64,000 nt of DNA, taken from positions 4,000,001 through 4,064,000 of the forward strand of contig OY759599.1 of assembly GCA_963662465.1 (NCBI GenBank), read 5' to 3'. Position 1 is the first letter of the stretch, and every line of letters starts with the position of its first letter. The notes beneath the pieces were generated by a model, which was not told where the DNA came from, searched no databases, and worked only from the letters and a program-made list of their open reading frames with translations. The position numbers and the translations under genes are program-made. Shown piece after piece: positions 39,701 to 48,506 of the stretch. The stretch is from Desulfatiglandales bacterium (lineage in GTDB: Bacteria; Desulfobacterota; DSM-4660; Desulfatiglandales; Desulfatiglandaceae).

Positions 39701-40709
39701 AGGGAGGGTAATCGCCGTCAAATGCCATGGTAATCTCCGGGTGCATTTTCAACCAGGCCTTTTGCTTTGGCGGCAGTTGAAGCCTTGGAGCCCCCCCTTC
39801 CCCGTCAACATCCACCCACTTTCTGAGGATGGCGCTGACCTCGTTCCTGTTAAGATTATTCAGGGATTTTTGCAGGATGTCTCTCAACATGGGCCAGTCC
39901 TTGCGAACCCCGATGGCATTGCTGGAAGCGGTTTCGTGGATCTTACCGTGAACTTTCAAATTGGGAATTAATTCCCGTTCAATAACATACATGGCCACGG
40001 CACGATTACCGACATAAGCATCCGTGATCCCTTTTGAAACGGCATCCAGGGCATCGCTGGTGGTATCGAACAGCTTCACCCGGATATGGGGGTATTTCTC
40101 CCGAAGCACGCCTTCAATGAAGAACCGACGTTCCACACCCACCGTCTTGCCCGCGAGACAGGAGAGATCCTCGTAATACGGTGCATCTTTTCGTGCAATA
40201 ATGCTGTGGGGAACCGTCAGATACGGCTTTGTGAAATGAAAGAAGGGTTCACGGTCGGATCTGGGCGTGATGTCCATCAGCGCATCGATGCGTTTTTCCT
40301 TGACCCCCTCAACCATTTCCGTCCAGGGGAGGGGCACAATCTTCAGCCGGTTGCCGAGCCGGGCATTGAGCGCCTTGATAAAACCGACGCCGATCCCCCG
40401 GGGCCGGCCGTCCGTATCCACATAATCCATGGGCGGCCACGCCTGATTGATGGCGATGGTGATTTCCGTATGGTCGCCCAGCCAGTCCGATTCCGCTCGG
40501 GTCAGGGAGAGATCCGAAGAAACCGGTTTCCCCTGTTCGCCGGTAGGAACACCTGCTTGGCCCTTGTGGATAGGCGCTTCGGCCGCAACGGAGGCACACG
40601 AATGCTGGATAGTCTGCATCTGAACCAAAAACACCGCCAGTAGGACGACGCCGAGGTTTTTTCGAAAAGGATGAAAACCACGATTTGCTTTCGGGGCCAT
40701 TGTCGACAC
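36711..40709 (-). CDS. Membrane sensor histidine kinase with four periplasmic solute-binding (BvgS/EvgS-like) domains
   Basis: Four repeats beginning L.LT..E..WL and ending R[KR]W; one TM; SHELRTPL H-box; GTGLGL. Confidence 0.9.
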   Translation of the reverse strand: MSTMAPKANRGFHPFRKNLGVVLLAVFLVQMQTIQHSCASVAAEAPIHKGQAGVPTGEQGKPVSSDLSLTRAESDWLGDHTEITIAINQAWPPMDYVDTDGRPRGIGVGFIKALNARLGNRLKIVPLPWTEMVEGVKEKRIDALMDITPRSDREPFFHFTKPYLTVPHSIIARKDAPYYEDLSCLAGKTVGVERRFFIEGVLREKYPHIRVKLFDTTSDALDAVSKGITDAYVGNRAVAMYVIERELIPNLKVHGKIHETASSNAIGVRKDWPMLRDILQKSLNNLNRNEVSAILRKWVDVDGEGGAPRLQLPPKQKAWLKMHPEITMAFDGDYPPYSFRNEKGEFMGIAVDIAREAANRMGIKLNIYPEGTWKRLYAAARKGEVDVIATLVLRPERREWFEFSRPYLFIAQYIITRKDGDAIRSREELAGKTVALVKGYATTGQILEDFPTVRPYEVDTLTAALEAVSTGKAEATVAGMGMAHYLMAKEGFINLKFAALYAQGQSDERFGIRKDWPELAAILDKALSSISEQERLRIFQRWSLPEIARVEAAPKTAVPFELTETEQNWLREHPKVRIGMMNAWPPMNFVNETGLPQGIGVDFIEVLNRRLRGILTLEPGSFKGNFDRVKNRELDALMDITPTKERDPFFHFTIPYLTIPHVIVGRGDGPHFKSEKDLKGKIVALERGYYNVRYFKKNYPEITTQEYDTTSEALDAVSRGEADAYAGNRAVVTYLIEKELMANLRVMGRMAKPPVVLTIGVRKDWPVLGGLLDRALGAVTREEVRGIHRKWLEAMEDVKTSLDLTPGERAWLRDHPVLRLGYDTDWPPVEYVDKEGQFVGMSADFIHELNTIMGIAIKPTKPQRWQKTMRDIRAGSLDILFSATRTPQRAAFLLFSEPYLRFPMVIVTDRNVPYIGHMNDLRGKNIAVVNGYASHDILKQKHPELDLMPVENVAAGLNAVIRRKAYAFIGSFAAISHVIAREGMSGVKVSGETPYSYELSVTVRKDQPILAGIIQKALDSISEEDRNAIFQRWISVTYERGFNYQLLWKVLLGVFLIFSVFLYWNRRLAREINLRRMVEGELVEAKEAAESANRVKSAFLAGMSHELRTPLNSIIGFTGIILNELVGPLNLEQKKQLKMVKGSSHHLLNLINDVLDISKIEAGELKVSCEPFSIRNVVNQVAASLLPMAEQKGLTLSVEIAPEVEMVVSDERRIRQVFINLVNNAIKFTEKGVVKIVCRRQDSRIQVAVTDSGIGIRDEDLDKLFKPFQQLDTGTSRRYEGTGLGLSVCKRILDILGGTIDVKSQLGKGATVTVTLPLNLEEQNDETENSHR

Positions 40710-40923
40710 TCAGAGGGAATGATGGGAATTTGCCTTCTTTTATGCGAGTATAGAAACATCTCCGTTTCGGGTCAATAGCGAAAATTCATGATCTGACGAT
40801 GGATCTTGATTGTCCCATGGACTATGATAGAGGGAAAATGGTAAGGTATGTCATCCTGAAAAGCCTCATATCCCGGCACAACGGGTATTTCTTGCCCTCA
40901 CAAAATTCAAGGAGGAAATAACA

Positions 40924-41526
40924 ATGCCCCTCGAAATCATTGCCGTATATGGCAGCCCCAGAAGAAAAGGAAATACAGCCACTCTCATGAAAGAAGCCGT
41001 TCGCGGCGCCAGAGACGCTGGTGCAAGCGTTTCGGAGTTTGTACTGCGGGATCTCAAAATATCGCCCTGCCTTGAAATTTATGCCTGCAAAAAGGAAGGG
41101 GAATGCGCCATCAAAGACGACTTTCAAATGCTCAGGGATAAAATATTATCGGCAAAGGGCCTTATGATCGCCTCCCCCATCTTTTTTTATTCCGTCAGCG
41201 CCCATACCAAGGCCATGATGGACCGGTTTCAATCCCGCTGGGTCAGAAAGTACTGGATTGACGAAATCCCCTATGATCAGCGGGTTTTTAAGCGACAGGG
41301 GCTCTTTATCACCGTGGGAGCCACCCAGGGAAAAAAGCTGTTTGAAGGCGTCCAATTATCCATGAAGTATTTTTTCGACACACTGGACATGGCCCTCTGG
41401 CGTACCCTCGCCTATCGCGGCATCGATCTTGAGGGCGACATTAACAATTATCCGGAACACTTGGAAGAGGCCTATCAGTCGGGAAAGGAACTGGCCGAAA
41501 GCCTTATGGCCGGTTTGGCCGCTTGA
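40924..41526 (+). CDS. Flavodoxin-fold protein (iron-sulfur flavoprotein / NAD(P)H-dependent FMN reductase family)
   Basis: GSPRRKGNT, SPCLEIYAC...C.IKDD, ASPIFF. Confidence 0.88.
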   Translation: MPLEIIAVYGSPRRKGNTATLMKEAVRGARDAGASVSEFVLRDLKISPCLEIYACKKEGECAIKDDFQMLRDKILSAKGLMIASPIFFYSVSAHTKAMMDRFQSRWVRKYWIDEIPYDQRVFKRQGLFITVGATQGKKLFEGVQLSMKYFFDTLDMALWRTLAYRGIDLEGDINNYPEHLEEAYQSGKELAESLMAGLAA

Positions 41527-41669
41527 CATAATTTTGGCGAGCATAATCAAAGAGATTACTTTATGATGATAGGAAAGCTGCCCTTTCCTATATTTACATT
41601 TCTTTTTTCTTCTGGTATCTTCCGCGAAAATAAAGATTTGGAATAGTAGCCACCAAACCTCGAGGCGCC

Positions 41670-42257
41670 ATGCCCACAAAGACCTTTCGAATCATTGTTT
41701 CCATACTTTTCGGCATGGTGGGATTTGCCGCCAATTTTCTGGATATCCAGCTTTTTACCTCCCCCTGAATTCAAAGTAAACATCCTGATCGGACTTCTCT
41801 TTCCCCTTCTCATCACCATGGCCTGGGGGTGGCGTTACGGACTCCTTTCCGCCCTGGCCGGCGGCTGCCAGTCCATGTGGTGGCTCTGGCAAAACGATGG
41901 ATGGGGCATCGTTTATGCGGTCCCGGTATTCACCCTGTGGGTCGTCTGGCACGGGTATTGGTCTAACCGGCGAAACAACATCAAACACTTACGCTGGTTT
42001 CATTCCCGTTTCGTCGTTGAGCTCCCCTTTCGCCTGGTCAGTGAACTGGGATTTTATACCCTTTTCCGCTGGCTCGTCTCCTTCAACCCGCCTCCCTGGA
42101 ATTCCGCAATCACCTGGGATCATGTGAGCCTTTCATGGGTGAATGTTGTGGCCGTAAAACACCTGGTCACGGCCTATATTCTGCTCTTCTTAGTCCATGT
42201 ACTCTTGCGGATCAGCGTTGTACGGCGTTTCTTCAAACTCGAAGATCCGCCCGAGCA
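41670..42257 (+). pseudogene. Frameshifted, truncated copy of the 5' membrane domain of the kinase at 53511
   Basis: 41593-42257 aligns by eye with 53434-54097; C5 at 41761-41765 versus C4 at 53602-53605; similarity ends abruptly after GAAGATCCGCCCGAGCA. Confidence 0.9.
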
Positions 42258-42936
42258 TTAGAAAATCGGCATTACCGGCCAACTCCACGTATCGAATTTT
42301 TCGTGCCAGAATCTGAGCTTTTTTCGTTGTGCTTTGGACAAAAGCACGGCCTTTGCACCCATCCCCGCCGCGTTTCCAACCTGACGAAAACGGCAAATGG
42401 GATTTTAGGCAGCATGCCGATGCAGACGGCACTCGATATATTCAGATAACTTCCAAAAGCGCCCGCCACAATGATCTCATTGATGGCCTGAGGCAAGAGA
42501 CCGTTTTCTTTCAGCAGGATGTCAATGCCCGCACGGATCGCCCCCATTGCCAGTTTGAGTTCCCGTATCTCTTTTTGGGTGATAACAATGGCCTGCCCCC
42601 GCCTTCTCGTTCATGGACCAAAACCAATTGGCTCATTGTGGATTCGCGTGAGATTTGGCTTCTGAGCCGATTGTAGGTGCGACTTTAGTCGCACATTAAG
42701 CCTACCCTGTGCGACTAAAGTCGCACCTACAGCCCGAACCGAAACAATCTCAAAGCGCGATTTCACGTTAATCCGCGATGAACCAACCAATTCACGGCCG
42801 CTTTGCCCTTCACGAACCAACGGATGATCGCCCTTTATCCTGCCACTTTTGTCGATAAGCCCGTTGGAAAACAGCTGAGCAACGACATCAAATATGCCTG
42901 AACCGCATATCCCAACCGGCCTGACATCTTGAATAA
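42258..42936 (-). pseudogene. Remnant of an ASKHA-domain (DUF4445/RACo) corrinoid activation protein, C-terminal part
   Basis: Fragments PVGICGSGIFDVVAQL, IVITQKEIRELKLAMGAIRAG, AGAFGSYL...IGMLP, YVELA; broken by a MITE and frameshifts. Confidence 0.8.
42630..42784. mobile_element. 155-bp MITE with 25-bp imperfect TIRs, 8-bp TSD and internal GTAG REP doublet
   Basis: AACCAATT at 42622-42629 and 42785-42792; ends GGCTCATTGTGGATTCGCGTGAGAT versus GGTTCATCGCGGATTAACGTGAAAT (19/25); perfect 24-bp inverted repeat 42672-42695 / 42708-42731. Confidence 0.85.
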
Positions 42937-42980
42937 AGTGGGAACGGGAACGCTGGTGAAACAAGGGCCAAAATGCAGAG

Positions 42981-43253
42981 TTATTCAAAGAGATCGCTGT
43001 GAGACCCGATATCGATCAACTGAACCTCATCTCTGTAGATTCGATAAATGAGCAATAGATCTGGTCTTAAATGGCATTCTCTGTATTGCTGCGGGTTTCC
43101 TTTCAGGAAATGGTCCTTGTATCTCTCGTCCAAAAGTATCCCATTGAGAAGTTTTGAGACGACATCAATATAAATCGCCTCATCACTGTCTTTCAGATGA
43201 AGCTTCCTGAATGATTTTTTAAACCTTTTTGTCCTGGCCAATCCAAACTTCAC
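42981..43253 (-). CDS. yafQ: YafQ-family toxin
   Basis: YKDHFLKG...YRECHLRPDLLLIY...IGSHSDLF. Confidence 0.92.
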   Translation of the reverse strand: MKFGLARTKRFKKSFRKLHLKDSDEAIYIDVVSKLLNGILLDERYKDHFLKGNPQQYRECHLRPDLLLIYRIYRDEVQLIDIGSHSDLFE

Positions 43254-43507
43254 GACTTCATATCGCTCATCATCGCTTCAACTGTATCGTATCGCACCAG
43301 ATCATTATTCTCAGCCTCTTTCATAGCTCTTTTCAACCTTGGAGAGGGTAGGTCAAGAGGGAAAGGGAGCCCTCGTTCAAGTCGTACCCGGTTGAGGAAG
43401 ATATTGATGGCATCAGCCACAGTTAAATTATACTCCTCAAAAACCACTTTTGCCGCATCCCACGCTTCTGGGTCAACTTTGATGGATGTTTGTCTCCTTA
43501 CGCTCAT
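43250..43507 (-). CDS. dinJ: RelB/DinJ-family antitoxin
   Basis: SIKVD...VFEEYNLTVADAINIFLNRVRLERGLPF; 4-nt overlap with the toxin. Confidence 0.88.
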   Translation of the reverse strand: MSVRRQTSIKVDPEAWDAAKVVFEEYNLTVADAINIFLNRVRLERGLPFPLDLPSPRLKRAMKEAENNDLVRYDTVEAMMSDMKS

Positions 43508-43582
43508 AATGTCACCCCTACTGTTTTTTGAGGAAAATATACTTCAAAAGAAGTTTTCGATCAAGAGAAAAGAGACTGCCCA

Positions 43583-43657
43583 TTCTTCTCCATGCCGGAG
43601 CACGGGAAGCCGGAGCTTCCATCGTAAGGACGTTCCCAAACCGGAGCTTGGGAACGA
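43583..43657. repeat. REP-like element of the GTTCCCAA..GGAGCTTGGGAAC type (degenerate triplet)
   Basis: CCGGAGC core three times; last unit cgttcccaaaccggagcttgggaacg forms a hairpin; related hairpin gttcccacgccccgcgtgggaac at about 31196-31219. Confidence 0.5.
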
Positions 43658-43724
43658 AGGGAAAGCATTTAGCCCGCAGCCCAATTTTTTCTATGATCAA
43701 CGCCCATCTGCATGTGCATTATCT

Positions 43725-43797
43725 GGAGTGCCAAAATGAAATTTTGGCAGACGGCGCCATGGCCGCAGACGGCGTCAAAATTTCATTTTGACACTCC
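43725..43797. repeat. REP-doublet-like inverted repeat
   Basis: GGAGTGCCAAAATGAAATTTTGGC (43725-43748) and GTCAAAATTTCATTTTGACACTCC (43774-43797), 22/24 complementary; each arm is itself a hairpin. Confidence 0.75.
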
Positions 43798-43810
43798 CAA
43801 GCTATTCAGG

Positions 43811-44318
43811 CTAATCCTGTAAGCTCTTGATAACGCTTGACTGAGTCGCCGTCCAGTCATAAGCGCCTGACACGCCAGAGACCTGAAATGTTCCGCTTGC
43901 CGTTGTAACACCAGTATTTGTATTTGTTGTCACTGTTCCGGTATATGTGCGTTTGATTTGATCTGTAGAGTTGCTGTCATAGCCCCCATTGCAGTCGACA
44001 GTTATGCTGTCGCCATCTTGCGCAATGGTAATATCTTCAGAGGTTATATTAGGAGGAAATGCTATTGGCAATGCCATAATATGAATCCCCATCCTTCTGT
44101 ATCCACGAAAAATTCCATGCGACATTGTCGTCAGTTTCACTTCCATTCCACATTGTTGTATATACCCAGGGGTTTTGAGCGATTATGTCGTCTACGTTGA
44201 TCGGATCCTGATTTGACTGGGGGGGTGGATCTGTTAGGGCTATGGGCGCATGCCACACGCAGTCCCCGAAAAAATGGATATTTTTCAATAAGGCGAACAG
44301 AACCAGGGCTTGCCCCAC
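43811..44318 (-). pseudogene. Probable frameshifted fragment of a Thr/Ser/Asp-rich secreted-type protein
   Basis: Overlapping ORFs 44049-44318 and 43811-44146 each have a protein-like half that meet near 44060. Confidence 0.35.
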
Positions 44319-44455
44319 CTAAAGGTAAACCATGGTGTTCGAATTGGGAAACAGGCTGAAAGGGGCGATATAATCCGTTATGTGAGATGTCCCGGGCCGT
44401 AAAAAACCGGCATAGGCGGCGGTGAACGCCAAAAACATGAGAATAAAACCGATCA

Positions 44456-45957
44456 TCAATTGAGGCGCTCAAACTGGTTAATGCAAATGAATTTGGCCTC
44501 CTTATCGGACGCGGTCGCATCCCCGACAAAAAGACCTTGAGAGAGAAATATAGCAGTATGGCCGAACACCACCTCAGTGGAAGCCTGATTGATTCCTTTG
44601 CACGATGCCTTCTCGAACAGGAAAGGATTGATCGTGAGGTCTTTTTCATTGACGGCCATTTTCTCCCTTATTACGGTCTCAACGTTATTGCAAAGGGCTA
44701 TTTTACCGTGCGGCGGATGGCGATGAAAGGGAATGAACTGTATGCTGTAACAGACCTTCAGGAAAGGCCTCTTTTTTTTATCACTGAGTCAAATGAGATT
44801 GACTTCAGGCCGATTATCGCTCGTAGCGCAGAAATGCTGGTAGATTTTGGCATTGACCGCCCAATTCTTGTGTTTGATCGAGGTGGATACGGCATCCATT
44901 TTTTCAAAGAGCTGAATCAAACCGCCGACTTTATCTCATGGGCCAAGTATATCAGCGAAAAATCACTGAAAAACATCCCCGACGATTCCTTTTCTGTCGG
45001 AGTATTCTGTAGTGATAACCGTTTTATGGTGGCCGAAGAAAAACGAACGGTCTCCGAATCCATACAAACAGCCTTGAATGATGGTCGCAAAACCCCAAGT
45101 TCGCTCGAACTGCGACTGGTTGTCCTTAAGGATGCCGACACTGGCAAACGTCTCGGGGTTTTGACCAACAACACCACCAAACCTGCCCATGACATCGCAT
45201 ATTATATGCTCCAACGGTGGGGGAAGTCTGAGAATGTTTACAAAGATCTCATGGCGACCTTCAACCTCAACTATCACCCTGGCTACGATATCGAGGAACT
45301 GAAACAACAACCGCTCATAGACAATCCAGAGATCGCTATAATCCAAAAAGCTCTGAAAGTTCTCAAAAAAGAAGCCAAATCCATACAAGACCAGATACTC
45401 ATCATTGAAGCAAAGCTTGTGAAACGCAAAGACAAAAGGAACGAGGCAAAACTTTCGGCTTTAGAGATCTCGTTGGCTGAAAAACAGAACGACATTACCG
45501 AATTTCAACAAAAAATCGCAACCCTTCCCGGAAAGGTCTCAATCATCGAGATTCTTAAAGGACAACCCATGTCTCGTTGCGATCTCGAGAAAAAGAAGCT
45601 GTATGATTTAATGCAGTTCATGGTATACCACTCTAGAGAAAGGCTCATTGAACTTTTCCAGGATTGCTATGACGATCACCGGGACATCAAAAAAGTTCTT
45701 CAAATGATAACCCGACGTCCGGGGCTTGTGAAATTGGTCGGACAAACCCTGATCGTCATGCTCGACTGGATAGAAAACAGGAAACACCGCCAGGCCGCCG
45801 AAAAATTTTGCCGTAAGCTCAACCAACTGAATATCAGAATGGTCGGGCCTTTGAACCTCAGGCTGTCGTTCCATGTCGTGCGTTTCCCCTAGCTCGGTAC
45901 CCAATCACGGGGTGCAACTTTCTTCTTGAGAAAAAACCGGATTCTTCCCGAACTCTG
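44456..45957 (+). mobile_element. 5'-truncated IS with DDE transposase (ORF 44537-45892)
   Basis: FFIDGH, LVFDRGGY, RWGKSENVYK acidic triad pattern; frame open back to a stop at 44444 with no ATG; probable right end ...CTTCCCGAACTCTG at 45957, where the neighbouring gene breaks. Confidence 0.75.
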
Positions 45958-46093
45958 ATCCTCCCAGTTCAGCGTTCAAATAGGGAAGCACCTCGCTGAT
46001 GTCCTGGAGCAGATGGGCGATGCAGTCTACCGTTTGAAATCCGGGATTGCATTTGGGGCGTGAAATCTCTGTTGTGTATCCTTTTAATAACAT
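45958..46093 (-). pseudogene. N-terminal fragment of an (Fe-S)-binding protein, cut by the IS
   Basis: MLLKGYTTEISRPKCNPGFQTVDCIAHLLQDISEVLPYLNAELGG then runs into IS-end sequence; DISEVLPYLNA motif recognised from memory. Confidence 0.6.
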
Positions 46094-46276
46094 AGGCCTG
46101 ACCAAAGTTAATTGAAATTAGGGTTAAGAAGTCTTTCGAGCCACTATAACAAAATTGCTTTTGCGAAAACAATGAAATATGATCCGTTGACACCGATGGA
46201 TCCACGGACGTCTTCATATTTAAAACGATTCAATAATGGGCATATCACCCATTTCATTGTGTAAGGAGCAACCCCC

Positions 46277-47377
46277 ATGGTGTCACATCATTTTAGAGAT
46301 GAACGGCTGTCAACCACTATTTTCGGCATCCTGTTACTGTGCTTCGTTTCCGGCTGCGCAATGGTGGGGCCTGCATCCGTCAGTTCGGGACGCGGGGATT
46401 ATAACGAAGCCATCAGCAGGACTGAAAACGAGCAGATGCTCATGGCCGTTGTCAAGGGTTGCTATGGAGAAACCTTTTCGCTTTTAGCAGTCACCGGTGT
46501 TGCGGCCAATGTGCGTTTCGCTGCCAATGGCGGTTTTCAGTCAGGCATCGGCCCTTCTCAGAACTATATTGGAAACCTCATCCCTTTAAACGCCGGTGTG
46601 GCCTATGAAGAGAATCCCACCATTACCTATCAACCGGTTCAGGGGGAGCAGTACCTTCGTCAGTTGATGGCGCCCATACCTCTGGATGTTCTGGTGATGT
46701 TTGTGCGCAACAGTATCTACCCGGCAGCCTCCCTCATCATGCTCGCGGAACGGATTAACGACCTTCCCAACCCGCACTTCCTGAGTTCAGCATTAGGGGA
46801 ACCGGAGCTTCGGTTTCAGCGGTTTGCTGAACTCAACAAAGAGCTGATTCAAGCCGGTATCCTTCAGTGGGTGGAGGACCCCAGAGAAAAAATTCCCTTC
46901 GCCATTCTCATAACCAACTGGGATTCCACTCACCTGGCAAAAGTTCGCGACTACCTTGATTTGCTGGAACTTCCCATGCCCGCGGACTCCTCAGAAGATA
47001 TTGTGCTTCCGGTATATTTCGGCATCAGGGGAAAGAAAGCAGACTGCGTTTGCATTTCAACCCGATCAACTTTGAATCTGATTCAGATCTTGAGAGCCGC
47101 CACCAGAATCCCCGCTGAACACCTGGCCAAGGGGCTGGTGGCACCTTTTCCAGAACTGGGGCTTGTGGGCAAGTCCATTCGAATTCATACGTCACGGGAT
47201 GAGCCTGAAAATGCTGCCATAGCGGTAGAATATCGGGATTACTGGTTCTACATCGATGAAAGCGATACAAAAACCAAATGGTTTTACAATATCATGCGTA
47301 CCTTGTGGTCCGCTACCATCTCCGGCAGCGCCGATCAAAAAGCGGCACCCATATTGACCATCCCCCTCAGTCGTTAG
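46277..47377 (+). CDS. Conserved hypothetical lipoprotein
   Basis: AAGGAG RBS; lipobox VSGC; 366 aa open frame. Confidence 0.7.
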   Translation: MVSHHFRDERLSTTIFGILLLCFVSGCAMVGPASVSSGRGDYNEAISRTENEQMLMAVVKGCYGETFSLLAVTGVAANVRFAANGGFQSGIGPSQNYIGNLIPLNAGVAYEENPTITYQPVQGEQYLRQLMAPIPLDVLVMFVRNSIYPAASLIMLAERINDLPNPHFLSSALGEPELRFQRFAELNKELIQAGILQWVEDPREKIPFAILITNWDSTHLAKVRDYLDLLELPMPADSSEDIVLPVYFGIRGKKADCVCISTRSTLNLIQILRAATRIPAEHLAKGLVAPFPELGLVGKSIRIHTSRDEPENAAIAVEYRDYWFYIDESDTKTKWFYNIMRTLWSATISGSADQKAAPILTIPLSR

Positions 47378-47443
47378 TGAGGTGGGAACGACCCTTAATA
47401 ATTCATTTTTTCGCGTCCCATGTGACACACAACCGAGGAAAAT

Positions 47444-48496
47444 ATGCACCATCATAAATCGTTACATAAGCGGTATGAGTGGCTGGATCAGTTCAGAGGC
47501 TTTGTGGTGTTATTCTTGATTCTTTCGACCATCACATGGGAGCTTTCCGGTGACTGGTCCGGCAAAAATCCCATATTGGGTCCAACATTTTTAAACCATG
47601 GCTTTTGCTATTATGATGGATATCCGGCAATTATAACCATCATTGATATAGGACAGCAAATCTTCATGTTTGTACTGGGCTTCGTTGCCTATCTTGCCTT
47701 TAAGAGCCGGTTGGAAAAGCTCAGTCCCGGCGCTGCCTGGAAACACGCACTTATCAGGGTCGGGGTACTCTATGGTCTGGCTTTTCTTGACGATGGTGTT
47801 CTTCATTTCTTCATGGAAGGGTCTTTTGGAACGAAAGATGTTATTTATAATGGTACGTTTGCTAATTTGGCGATTGGTTCGCTTGCAGCATATATCGGCG
47901 TCTATCTGATTAAAGATGCGGATAAAAGAGTGTTTTTGTCCATTGCCGTCATGATATGCCACGCCATATTCTATGCGCTCCCATACTTCAAGCATTATCA
48001 CACGCAAACAGGAATACTCTTTCCATTTAACGCCATTAATCATGCTGCAGTTGCCATTATGGGAACATGCTTTGGTCAATGGTATCGAATGAATGTGGAA
48101 AATCCATCGGCGGTTTTCAGACAAAAGATCCTTCCCATATCTACGCTCTGTTTTATCGCATGTTATCTGCTTGATTGGGTTCAAACCGCCGAACATCATG
48201 ATGTAACAACGTCTTTGGCTTTAATGGCGATCGGCAGGGCGGGTTTTGTGATGGCGCTCTTCTATGGCTTTGAACAACTTGAATTTAAAATTCCTGTACT
48301 AAGTGAATTTGGCAAAAACATGCTCTTAATGTTTATTTTAACGCCGGTTTTACAAATATATATTGGGTTATTTTCAAAAAAATTTCTTGCGGCCAACCCT
48401 GCACCGGCTTTACTGTTTGTGGGAATCCTTCCCGTTATCGTACTGGCGGGGTTAGCGGTAATTCTGGACAGAAAAAAAATCATTATCAAAATTTAG
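47444..48496 (+). CDS. Polytopic membrane protein, HGSNAT/acyltransferase-like
   Basis: RYEWLDQFRG N-terminal motif, FMFVLG, about 10 TM segments; GAGG RBS. Confidence 0.6.
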   Translation: MHHHKSLHKRYEWLDQFRGFVVLFLILSTITWELSGDWSGKNPILGPTFLNHGFCYYDGYPAIITIIDIGQQIFMFVLGFVAYLAFKSRLEKLSPGAAWKHALIRVGVLYGLAFLDDGVLHFFMEGSFGTKDVIYNGTFANLAIGSLAAYIGVYLIKDADKRVFLSIAVMICHAIFYALPYFKHYHTQTGILFPFNAINHAAVAIMGTCFGQWYRMNVENPSAVFRQKILPISTLCFIACYLLDWVQTAEHHDVTTSLALMAIGRAGFVMALFYGFEQLEFKIPVLSEFGKNMLLMFILTPVLQIYIGLFSKKFLAANPAPALLFVGILPVIVLAGLAVILDRKKIIIKI

Positions 48497-48506
48497 GGGA
48501 TAAAAA

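Noticed and set aside
41695..42261. 188-aa ORF as an independent membrane protein
   Set aside because: It is the frameshifted duplicate of the 53511 kinase; its N-terminus is out-of-frame sequence.
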